This document shows, in pieces, positions 1 through 7,437 of a stretch of DNA of 64,000 nucleotides. The stretch's first letter is position 1, and every line of letters starts with the position of its first letter. A program made the position numbers and the translations under genes. The stretch spans positions 141,307 through 205,306 of the forward strand of contig CAXHEV010000002.1 of the NCBI GenBank assembly GCA_964015875.1, read 5' to 3'. The notes beneath the pieces are model-generated. The model did no database searches, had not been told where the DNA came from, and saw only the letters and a program-made list of their open reading frames with translations. The stretch is from an uncultured Candidatus Poseidoniales archaeon (lineage in GTDB: Archaea; Thermoplasmatota; Poseidoniia; Poseidoniales; Poseidoniaceae).

Positions 1-606
1 ATAACCAAGGCGATACATTGTCACATCAAGTTCCTCGTCAATAACAAATAATTCAGCCATGAGACCACGTTTGGTCACATCCGCAGTCCATGCCTCCAAT
101 TCAAGCCAATTGACTTGATCTGTTGTCCACACCCAACGTACATGGGCGACAGGTTCCTCTTTGGAGAAGTTTTGTTCCCTGTTCCAGCGAAGGGCCCAGG
201 TGGTTTCACTAAAGGAAAATTCACGCTTTTCAGAGACATGTTCAACCGGCACAACAAGCTCTCCACCGCTTCGAGCGACATCGAATGCGACAGCACGTGC
301 GACCAAATCTGGATCTTTTTTTAGGGAATGTGAAAACCATGATTCGGACGGAAGTGGAACATGGCGATGCCAATGGCAAAAAAGAACCTCTTCTGATGTG
401 ACATAGATTCCCCCATCGCTATCGGTTTGACCAATAGCACTTTTTTGATGAAGACGGGAGGCTAAAGGCGGTTCAATGTACCATCGTCCATTTTTTTCTG
501 AAGGTGGATCAAGAGGGACACTAGGAGCTTGATTTGACGTGATTGGAACGTCAAGTGGGCGAGTGGTTCTCACCCGTGGGGTGAAGGTTCGCTTGTGTCG
601 CCCCAT
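1..606 (-). CDS. Hypothetical protein, N-terminal part only (the ORF runs off the left edge)
   Basis: Absent from the supplied ORF track because it has no stop inside the window. Hand translation of the reverse strand from ATG 606-604 gives 202 uninterrupted codons down to base 1 (MGRHKRTFTPRVRTTRPLDVPITSNQ...GIYVTSEEVLFCHWHRHVPLPSESWF...VRWVWTTDQVNWLELEAWTADVTKRGLMAELFVIDEELDVTMYRLGY). An alternative in-frame ATG lies at 630-628. No family recognised. Confidence 0.6.
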   Translation of the reverse strand, partial: MGRHKRTFTPRVRTTRPLDVPITSNQAPSVPLDPPSEKNGRWYIEPPLASRLHQKSAIGQTDSDGGIYVTSEEVLFCHWHRHVPLPSESWFSHSLKKDPDLVARAVAFDVARSGGELVVPVEHVSEKREFSFSETTWALRWNREQNFSKEEPVAHVRWVWTTDQVNWLELEAWTADVTKRGLMAELFVIDEELDVTMYRLGY

Positions 607-617
607 GAGCCTGCGTT

Positions 618-1658
618 GTGAATGCTTCATTTGAGTTCGTTGGTCAACCGATTGTCCTATGTGCTACCGGTGACGACAACCAATCGGGGAGCACAGTGGT
701 TGACGGTTATCTCGGCACCCTCACGACAGAAAAGCGTACCTTGTTGCATCTGCTCGACCATCGTCTTCCTGAGGGCGAATGGGAAGCCCCTCAAGCCGTA
801 ACTCAAGCAGGCATCTCTGCAGCCATTCATGTCCAAAGAAAGCACGTGCCGCGAACACTCAAACGATTGGAAACAAGAGGAGACCTTCAGAAATCGAAGA
901 GGCACGTTCCGGGTGGAAAACAGCGAAAGCAAGTGTATGGATTGACTCAAACTGGTAGGACCACTGCGGAAACATTACGGACCGCAATCTTGGGTCAAAA
1001 GGTCAAAAAAAATGGGGAAATGATCACGTTACTGGACTTGCGAAAAGGGGGTCAGGCAACCCTCGAATTGCTCTCCCACGTCGATGAAGGCATGGAATAC
1101 CATGAGCATCCGGTTGTATCTCCTGTGTCCAATCCAGAAGGTGTTGCGTCACTCGATGCGCAAGCTGGAGAAAACTTAGTTCGACGTTTATTTGCCCGTG
1201 CTTGGGAAGATGGAAAAATAACCAAAGACGAGCAATACCTGCTGCAAGAGGTCGTGGAATTCTTAGGTATGCATCCAGAACGAGTACGAAGATTGTCCAA
1301 CGAAGCTCGTCGGGAGCAAAAAGCACCACCGCCAGAAGAAATTTATCTCGATATGTTGAGGCAAGCCTTGATCGATGGTGAATTGGTTGATGACGAAATC
1401 CGCCTATTAGAGACTGTACGAACCGCCTTTGGATTCGACCGACTTACGCATGACAAATTACTCGAGGAGGCTAAAATGTCACCTCACCGATCAGAAAACG
1501 TCGAAACGTATCGAAGATCACTCGAAACAGCACTTATGGACGGGGTAATCACTGGTGATGAAAACGCAATGCTGAATACATTACGTGAATCACTCAGTGT
1601 CACAGAAGCTCAACATGCAACTCTCTTAGCAGAGCTGAGGGACGGCGTCAACAAATGA
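618..1658 (+). CDS. Winged-helix (MarR/ArsR-like) DNA-binding protein with three C-terminal TerB/DjlA-N-like repeats
   Basis: 346-aa ORF. The N-terminal half reads like a wHTH (LLHLLDH...AVTQAGISAAIHVQRKHVPRTLKRLETRGDLQKSKRHVPGGKQRKQVYGLTQTG). The C-terminal half has three ~55-aa repeats (DGKITKDEQYLLQEVVEFLGMHPERV / DGELVDDEIRLLETVRTAFGFDRLTH / DGVITGDENAMLNTLRESLSVTEAQH). The start is uncertain: GTG at 618, or GTG at 696 preceded by GGGGAG. Confidence 0.7.
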   Translation: MNASFEFVGQPIVLCATGDDNQSGSTVVDGYLGTLTTEKRTLLHLLDHRLPEGEWEAPQAVTQAGISAAIHVQRKHVPRTLKRLETRGDLQKSKRHVPGGKQRKQVYGLTQTGRTTAETLRTAILGQKVKKNGEMITLLDLRKGGQATLELLSHVDEGMEYHEHPVVSPVSNPEGVASLDAQAGENLVRRLFARAWEDGKITKDEQYLLQEVVEFLGMHPERVRRLSNEARREQKAPPPEEIYLDMLRQALIDGELVDDEIRLLETVRTAFGFDRLTHDKLLEEAKMSPHRSENVETYRRSLETALMDGVITGDENAMLNTLRESLSVTEAQHATLLAELRDGVNK

Positions 1659-1670
1659 GGAGGAAAAACC

Positions 1671-2732
1671 ATGGGAATGTCAGATGAAGAAGTCGAAGTT
1701 CACGATCAACTTACCAACTTGAAAAGAGAACTAAAATCAATTGACGATGCTAAAATTGTTTTGATAGGTGATGTCATCATGGATTGTTACATTCATGGCT
1801 ACGCAAACAACCTCAACTCCCGTGCACCTGTACCAGTCCTTCGTGAAACAATGCGAGAGGAGGATGTAGGAGCAGCAGCTCACGTGGCAAGAGGACTCAA
1901 TTCAATGGGGTTGCAAAGTCATCTGTTCGGGGTTGTTGGTGATGACAGGGCTGGATTAAGCATCCTCGACGCATTGGATCATGAAGGGGTTAAAACCGAT
2001 GGAATTGCTATTGTTGAGGGCCGAACAACAACCGTCAAAACCAGATTATTAGCGACACGTGAAAGTCTCGTTCAAGATGAACAATTACTGCTCCGCTGGG
2101 ATATTGAAGAAGACGATCCGGTTCCTGATGAAGCGTCGGTTAGCCTCTATGACCAAGCAATTCATGAATTGGACAAGGCCAAAGCAGTCATCCTTTCTGA
2201 CTACGGACAGGGGGTAGTGAATGATTCTGGTGCTGATCGTTTAATCAAACACGCCTTGGACAAAAAGGTCCCAATCATTGCCGATCCGAAACTCACAGGA
2301 CTCCATCGAACACATGGCGTTGATTGGATATTATTCCAGGCACAAGGACTTGAATTGATGCGTCGAAGGTTGGGTAGTGCCACTGGGGCAGATGCTGCAG
2401 AACGTTTGATAGAACAGCATAGTTGGAAGCATTTGGTGGTGTTGTCAGGCGAAGCGGGCGTCACGATCTATTCAGCACAAGAAGAAACCGTCCATGCACC
2501 ATGCACACTGGATGACTTGCGCCAAATGATTGGCCTCATCGATGCTGCCGCTGTGGCCATAGCCGTGGCTATTTCAAAATCTCTGTCTGTTCAAAATACT
2601 GCACTACTAGCCAATGCTGCTTGTGAATGTATTCTCGGTGCTGAACGCACCGAGGCCTTTTCTTTGAGCCGGAAAGATTTGGTTGATCGGATTGGTGAAA
2701 TGACCTGGAACCTTCAGATTTCCAAGCGCTGA
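1671..2732 (+). CDS. PfkB-family carbohydrate kinase homologue (RfaE/HldE domain-I-like) with degenerate catalytic motifs
   Basis: 353 aa, with GGAGG 8 nt upstream of the ATG. HldE-like blocks are present: KIVLIGDVIMDCYIHGY, SRAPVPVL, TTTVKTRLLA...QLLLRWDIEE, VILSDYGQGVV, VPIIADPK, LANAACECILGAERT. The expected DVTGAGD block reads DAAAVAI instead, and TPN reads FQAQ (see findings). Confidence 0.8.
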   Translation: MGMSDEEVEVHDQLTNLKRELKSIDDAKIVLIGDVIMDCYIHGYANNLNSRAPVPVLRETMREEDVGAAAHVARGLNSMGLQSHLFGVVGDDRAGLSILDALDHEGVKTDGIAIVEGRTTTVKTRLLATRESLVQDEQLLLRWDIEEDDPVPDEASVSLYDQAIHELDKAKAVILSDYGQGVVNDSGADRLIKHALDKKVPIIADPKLTGLHRTHGVDWILFQAQGLELMRRRLGSATGADAAERLIEQHSWKHLVVLSGEAGVTIYSAQEETVHAPCTLDDLRQMIGLIDAAAVAIAVAISKSLSVQNTALLANAACECILGAERTEAFSLSRKDLVDRIGEMTWNLQISKR

Positions 2733-2741
2733 GGTGAGCGA

Positions 2742-3236
2742 GTGAGTGCTTGGCCACGCCCGACCACCGCCGATATTGGGTTGCGGGCGTTCGCACCTTC
2801 ATTGCCACGACTCTTTGATGAGGTGACTTTAGGTATGCAAAATATTCTGATTTCGGATCAATCAGCTGTCGAAAGTGATCGCCTGATTCGGCATTCTGCT
2901 CAATGGAACGCAACCCTATCGATTGAAAAATACGATTCAGAAATGTTACTTGTCCATTGGCTCGAAGAAGTCCTTTACAGGGCAGAAGTTCATCGCCAAT
3001 GGTGTGTATCATGCAACGTCATGATTCGAGAAAAAGATGGAACATTACAAGCAGAAGGCTCTGTGTCTTGGGTGAACGCCGATGACATTCTCCAAGAAGT
3101 GGAGATCAAAGCAGTGACTACGCACGAATTACAGGTGTTTGAAGTTGAGCAGGGAAAGACTGCAGTATCGCCTTGGGAAGAGGTACCTGACTTCGAAGGA
3201 CCGGGTTGGGTTGCCGACGTTGTCTTTGACATTTAA
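2742..3236 (+). CDS. Archease (RtcB activator / RNA-modification chaperone family)
   Basis: 164 aa with a GTG start 9 nt after the upstream stop. The N-terminal TTADIGLRAFAPSLPRLFDEV matches the archease (H)TADxGxxxxG..xEeLF signature. The C-terminal IKAVTTHELQV...WVADVVFDI matches the conserved archease C-terminus. Confidence 0.8.
   Translation: MSAWPRPTTADIGLRAFAPSLPRLFDEVTLGMQNILISDQSAVESDRLIRHSAQWNATLSIEKYDSEMLLVHWLEEVLYRAEVHRQWCVSCNVMIREKDGTLQAEGSVSWVNADDILQEVEIKAVTTHELQVFEVEQGKTAVSPWEEVPDFEGPGWVADVVFDI
3209..3236 (+). repeat. Copy A of a 28-bp imperfect direct repeat (last 9 codons and stop of archease)
   Basis: ggttgccgacgttgtctttgacatttaa matches 3964-3991 (ggctgccgacgttgtccttgatatttag) at 24 of 28 positions, counted by hand. 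Confidence 0.8.
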
Positions 3237-3284
3237 CAACAGTTCTTTGGTATCAGAACAATCCATTTAGGAGGTCTTTCAGAT

Positions 3285-3887
3285 TCACAGGGGTGCTTTG
3301 GGTGGGTTCTGAAACAACCAGAGAATTGGTGCCAAACTGGCCATATAAAATCCATAACTGAGAAATGAGAATATACTTATTGATTCACTAAATACCTCGA
3401 TCGTACCGAGCACGGTTGTCAGAACAAGAATCAAGAAGTATCCTAAGTGCAAAATTCCAATGGACATGGTTCTTCTTCCGGTTGCGAGAAGCACGATGCT
3501 GACGGCCATCGTAGCAAAATAAAACACCGGTGATAATGCAAACATGAACAGTGATATGAAAAGCATCAACTCTGAAAAGCCCCCACCAAAAAATTCACCA
3601 AAATCAAGAAATTCAAATGCCAGGAAGACCAAATCAAAGGCAGAGATAGTGTAACCAATAATATTGAGATAAGGAAGGAAAAATGAAATCATGAGGAGAA
3701 TGGTGCCAATGATCGGAACAATCCTCAGTAATCCATTCTTTTGATCCAAGGATGATGGAAGATACGAGTGCATCGAATGATCTGGGCTAATTGTGCTTTG
3801 CAATGTGATTGAAACTGGTGAACTCGTTGTGTTGGGAACCCATTTTGTGCCATTCCACATCCACTGGCCATCTTCACTCGTGTGCAT
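3285..3887 (-). CDS. Hypothetical polytopic membrane protein
   Basis: 200 aa. The soluble N-terminus (MHTSEDGQWMWNGTKWVPN) is followed by about 5 hydrophobic helices. A TATA-like TTATAT lies 24-29 nt upstream of the ATG, which fits a leaderless mRNA. Confidence 0.65.
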   Translation of the reverse strand: MHTSEDGQWMWNGTKWVPNTTSSPVSITLQSTISPDHSMHSYLPSSLDQKNGLLRIVPIIGTILLMISFFLPYLNIIGYTISAFDLVFLAFEFLDFGEFFGGGFSELMLFISLFMFALSPVFYFATMAVSIVLLATGRRTMSIGILHLGYFLILVLTTVLGTIEVFSESISIFSFLSYGFYMASLAPILWLFQNPPKAPL

Positions 3888-3910
3888 ATCCTATATCAGA
3901 ATCCAATAGA

Positions 3911-3916
3911 ATATAA
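3911..3916 (-). promoter_or_regulatory. Putative TATA box for the leaderless membrane-protein gene
   Basis: The reverse strand reads ttgTTATATtct, 24-29 nt upstream of the ATG at 3887. Confidence 0.4.
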
Positions 3917-3963
3917 CAATTCACACGGCAAATATCATTGGTAAAATATAGTCGAAACAGGAT

Positions 3964-3991
3964 GGCTGCCGACGTTGTCCTTGATATTTAG
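3964..3991 (+). repeat. Copy B of the 28-bp direct repeat (relic archease 3' end, non-coding context)
   Basis: Reads as a mini-frame ATG GCT GCC GAC GTT GTC CTT GAT ATT TAG (MAADVVLDI*), compared with WVADVVFDI* in archease. It lies between the SRP RNA 3' end and the promoter of the 3285-3887 gene. Confidence 0.75.
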
Positions 3992-4004
3992 AAAAGAAAG
4001 TGGG

Positions 4005-4322
4005 AGGGCCTAAGGTGGACGCTCGTTCCTTCTGGCCAAGCCCACACACTTCCTCCATCCCGTGACCCCACAGCACTCATGGCCCCAGGTAGGGCTGCTC
4101 CGTTCCCGGCCTGACCTGTTCCCCCGGTTATCCAATTGCTGTTCCCCTCCGGGAACAGTTCTCGGCACCCGAGTCATGTGGGGGCGAGACATCAATGTCC
4201 GCGTATGGAAACCAAAAGGCCGCTTTCGCCGCCCAAAGGCGTTCGGTCCACCATAAAGTCGATTTGTGGTACAGGGTACGTCTAGCTCCCCACCTATCCC
4301 GTGCAATCCTGCAACTGGCTCT
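4005..4322 (-). ncRNA. ffs: Signal recognition particle RNA (archaeal 7S RNA); the ends are approximate
   Basis: The reverse strand contains the universal helix-8 motif ACAGGUCAGGCCG-GGAA-CGGAGCAGCCCUACC (plus-strand 4088-4120), comparable to E. coli 4.5S CAGGUCAGGUCCGGAAGGAAGCAGCC. A second GNRA-capped helix (GGCGGCGAAAGCGGCC) is present. The block is GC-rich and about 310 nt long. AT-rich TATA candidates (AATAATT, TTCAAATA) lie at 4322-4357, and an oligo-T tract (CTTTCTTTTC, 3991-4000) follows the 3' end. The ORFs predicted here on both strands look spurious. Confidence 0.8.
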
Positions 4323-4363
4323 ATTTGAACAAAACCCCTCGAAAACACCGACGAATTATTCAT

Positions 4364-5212
4364 TCAGCGTAGAGAACCGGCTACAAGGAGAAGCAAGAGT
4401 AACAAAGCAACAATGCCTACAAATATCGTCACAATGGAGGCCACTCCAACGCTTAGTCCCACAGCAGTTGCCTGTATCGCTTCGCCCAGTGGATTACCTT
4501 TTGCCTGTGGGTTGAGTTGCTGGTGCTGTACCATAACGGTTGATTCAGGAACGGATGTTGTAGGAACATTGTAGCTAACCACACCAGAGTGAACTTGGGG
4601 CGTGACCGCTGGGGTTTGAATCAAATTGTATCCATAAGTGGACAAAAAGAAACCAAAAGGCAGGAGCAGACAACACGCACTGAACATTGTTGGCAAGAAT
4701 GTGCCTTGGCCGCATCCACGTGATACATAATCGTCTCCCGACATCAAAACCATCTCACAATTGAACCAGAGTTTCCACTCCCCGAGTGCAAGCCAGATAC
4801 CAAACAGCATCACACCCACGCCGAGGATCATTATACCAATGGATAATTGTTGCTTGGTGAGTCCAAATGTGAGTTCTTCAGTAGGCTGATTGGTATTCGA
4901 TTCAGTTTGAACAGTAGCTTCAAGAGTTCCGGAGCGCAACACACTTTGCTTAGTCGAGCATGATGGACAGGAGATCATCCCCTCGTAGTCTGCAGGTACA
5001 CGAAGAATAGTTGGGCATTTGATGCACTGAATCTCGATGGTTTTTCTTTTCTGTACCGCATCACTGATGATCTGAGGTGGCGGTGTGAGTGATCTATCTG
5101 CCTCTTTGAGACGATTGATGAGAACTTTCTTTGTCCCCGAAACAGGTAGATTTCGCTCTTTGCACAAACCTTTCAATTTCAACACAGTGAAACTTTCATA
5201 ATCGTCATGCAT
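4364..5212 (-). CDS. SAP-domain / zinc-ribbon membrane protein
   Basis: 282 aa. The N-terminus FTVLKLKGLCKERNLPVSGTKKVLINRLKE is a canonical SAP motif. It is followed by CIKC-x16-CPSC (a zinc ribbon) and then several hydrophobic helices ending in LLLLLLLVAGSLR. Confidence 0.7.
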   Translation of the reverse strand: MHDDYESFTVLKLKGLCKERNLPVSGTKKVLINRLKEADRSLTPPPQIISDAVQKRKTIEIQCIKCPTILRVPADYEGMISCPSCSTKQSVLRSGTLEATVQTESNTNQPTEELTFGLTKQQLSIGIMILGVGVMLFGIWLALGEWKLWFNCEMVLMSGDDYVSRGCGQGTFLPTMFSACCLLLPFGFFLSTYGYNLIQTPAVTPQVHSGVVSYNVPTTSVPESTVMVQHQQLNPQAKGNPLGEAIQATAVGLSVGVASIVTIFVGIVALLLLLLLVAGSLR

Positions 5213-5282
5213 GCTTGTTCCAAAACAAAAGGAGCCATAAGCATTCTACCGACGAAGGAAACGACAAGATGAAAACATCGAG

Positions 5283-5678
5283 TCAATCACCGTTGGGTTC
5301 TTCTTCTTCATACTTTGAGGGGCATGAAGTTTTGATGATGTCTGCTTCAAGGACATATGCACCGTCTTCGATGCGAAGGGTACCTTGGGCATAGACGGTG
5401 CGATTATCTCCAAGTCCATTTGACACAGAAGCATCCGAATAATCAATGCTCAATTGATGTGTTTCACCATGGAGAATGAACACAAGGGTTGTGTTATCGA
5501 TGCTTCCGTCAAGCACCTCCCCTCGAACGGCTATTTCTTTGCCCACAAATGCGTCAGGGTCGTCCATCAGGTCGTCCACCGCTCGTGTTGGTTCAGGGGC
5601 CTGTAGGAGAATCACCCCCAGCAGTCCAACAGTAATCACTGCCCCAAGGATGAGGAAGCGGGTTCGCCTTGCGTACAT
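5283..5678 (-). CDS. ccmE: CcmE-like haem chaperone, CXXXY variant
   Basis: 131 aa. An N-terminal membrane anchor (RFLILGAVITVGLLGVILL) is followed by an OB-fold-like core (FVGKEIAVRGEVLDGSI...LVFILHGETHQLSIDYS...RTVYAQGTLRIEDGAYVLEADIIKTS). The C-terminal CPSKY sits where canonical CcmE has HxxxY. Confidence 0.55.
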   Translation of the reverse strand: MYARRTRFLILGAVITVGLLGVILLQAPEPTRAVDDLMDDPDAFVGKEIAVRGEVLDGSIDNTTLVFILHGETHQLSIDYSDASVSNGLGDNRTVYAQGTLRIEDGAYVLEADIIKTSCPSKYEEEEPNGD

Positions 5679-5698
5679 TCATACACCCCAATAGCCCG

Positions 5699-6844
5699 TT
5701 ATTCATCAACCCGTGGGCTTTGCTGATGAGCAAATCCGACAGCTTCGTCAAATGATTTATATGGGCTTTCTTTCAATTTCTTGACAAGTCCATTGACCAC
5801 CGATTTTGTCAGCGCAGGTCCTTCGAAAACAAAACCGCTGTAAGCCTGAAGCAGACAGGCCCCCGCTCCGATTTTCGCCCATGCATCTTCTGCGTTACTT
5901 ATTCCCCCTACCCCAATAATGGGCCAATCACCCTTTGTCAATTGGTAGATGCGGTGAATCATTTCAGTCGAGCGTTGATTCACTGGGGCACCGCTCATGC
6001 CTCCAGTTTCAGCAAAAATACGTTCATCTTTCGGCGTGTTTGGGGTTGGTCGCTCAATGGTGGTGTTTGTCGCAACAATCCCGTCACACCCTGCAGAACG
6101 GGCGGTGTTGACCACGGCGACCAACTGATCATCGCTGAGATCTGGTGCAATCTTAACGAGCAATGGTTTTGGTTTGGATTGGTGATGATCAGCCATTTTA
6201 GAATTCACGTCGTTGCATGCTTGAACAATCGCTTCAAGTGCATTATCATGTTGTAATTCGCGAAGATTTGGAGTGTTGGGTGATGAGACATTGATGACAA
6301 ACACATCGCAGTGCAGCCAAAGACGTTCCATTGTGGTCGCATAATCTGAAGCGGCTTCATCAAGTGGTGTGAGTTTAGATTTGCCAAGATTGGCCCAAAG
6401 AGGAACTTTGGGATGACCGTGTCGACTGATGTGGCGGGAAAGTTGAGCCGCAACTTTTTGTGAACCCGGATTATTGAAACCCATTCGGTTGACGAGTGCT
6501 TTTGATGTGCCCGAACGGAACATCCTCGGTTTAGGGTTACCTCCTTGTTCCATAGCGGTCACCCCACCTATTTCGATAAAACCAAGACCGAGAGATTCCC
6601 AACCTCGAATTGCTTCTGCGCGTTTGTCCATGCCAGCAGCGAGGCCGAACGGGTTTGGATACATTGTCCCAAATCGGGAAACGGGTAGGGATGCGGGAGC
6701 GTACAAGCCACGAAGCAACGTGCGTGTCACCGGATTGCTACTCATTAAACGAAGACCAAGAATCGCTCTTCCATGAGCTTTTTCTGAATCTTGAACCGCA
6801 AGGAATGGCCGACTGGCGAGCCTGTAGCCGATTCCCATGGTCAT
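5699..6844 (-). CDS. pyrD: Dihydroorotate dehydrogenase (quinone), class 2
   Basis: NPFGLAAGMDKRAEAIRGWESLGLGFIEIGGVT, GNPKPRMFR, LVNRMGFNNPG, INVSSPNTPNLRELQ and GIVATNTT all match class-2 DHODH. The open frame extends to 6910, but alignment with E. coli PyrD favours the Met at 6844 (MTMGIGYRL). Confidence 0.9.
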   Translation of the reverse strand: MTMGIGYRLASRPFLAVQDSEKAHGRAILGLRLMSSNPVTRTLLRGLYAPASLPVSRFGTMYPNPFGLAAGMDKRAEAIRGWESLGLGFIEIGGVTAMEQGGNPKPRMFRSGTSKALVNRMGFNNPGSQKVAAQLSRHISRHGHPKVPLWANLGKSKLTPLDEAASDYATTMERLWLHCDVFVINVSSPNTPNLRELQHDNALEAIVQACNDVNSKMADHHQSKPKPLLVKIAPDLSDDQLVAVVNTARSAGCDGIVATNTTIERPTPNTPKDERIFAETGGMSGAPVNQRSTEMIHRIYQLTKGDWPIIGVGGISNAEDAWAKIGAGACLLQAYSGFVFEGPALTKSVVNGLVKKLKESPYKSFDEAVGFAHQQSPRVDE

Positions 6845-6909
6845 GGCCTTGGACCGACAAACTTCAACACTTCGGCCTCCTGGAGTCAAATGTGCGGATT
6901 GAAGACCCA

Positions 6910-7326
6910 ATGTGGCCAGCGGTCAGAGAAGTGGCGCGTAGAATATTGCGCGAAGATTCCCTCGTCATTCAAGCCAGCGAATCGTACATGCAAGAACTCG
7001 ATGAGCTCATCTTGGCCATGGGCGATGCCCAGCCTGCTCGACTGGACTTCCCCACCCTGGAAGTAATGCAGTCTTCCATCATCGATATTACGCAACGGAC
7101 GACGACATCGAACCAATCTGTGCATCTAGCACGCCTCGGTAAACAAGAACCAGAGCCCGATGTATGCTGGATCCCATTAGCCACAGATGAGGCATGGAAC
7201 AGCGTATTGGAAGCATGCCGCGAACTTTTGGAGGCGGGTTATCCAGGCTGTGTAGGATGTGGGGGGCCAAACAGTGAAGACGAATGGGATGAAGCTAAAT
7301 CAAGGAAAAATTGGAGTTCCGCTTAG
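6910..7326 (+). CDS. Hypothetical acidic protein
   Basis: The track ORF 6610-7326 overlaps pyrD for about 235-300 nt, depending on which pyrD start is used. The first ATG clear of pyrD is 6910 (MWPAVREVARRIL..., 138 aa). No family recognised. Confidence 0.45.
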   Translation: MWPAVREVARRILREDSLVIQASESYMQELDELILAMGDAQPARLDFPTLEVMQSSIIDITQRTTTSNQSVHLARLGKQEPEPDVCWIPLATDEAWNSVLEACRELLEAGYPGCVGCGGPNSEDEWDEAKSRKNWSSA

Positions 7327-7437
7327 TCAGTAATCGCTGAAAAAATTCAATCAATTTTCATACAGATACTAAAGTATCTGTGAGCAAAGAGGGTCAGAGA
7401 GAGAGTTCAAGTAGCCTCGTCGATGCGGTGTAGAACG

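Noticed and set aside
4010-4515. ORFs 4010-4363(-), 4062-4256(+) and 4195-4515(+), predicted across the GC-rich block
   Set aside because: The interval is explained by the SRP (7S) RNA, which has the helix-8 GGAA motif. The ORFs overlap each other on both strands and have Arg/Pro/Gly-rich, low-plausibility sequences.
6610-6909. N-terminal extension of ORF 6610-7326
   Set aside because: It lies antisense within the well-supported pyrD coding region. The first start clear of pyrD is 6910.
7363-7380. Perfect 8-bp inverted repeat CAGATACT-AA-AGTATCTG upstream of topA
   Set aside because: It is real in the sequence but too short to interpret. It could be a terminator-like hairpin for the upstream ORF, an operator, or chance. 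There is no second copy in the window.
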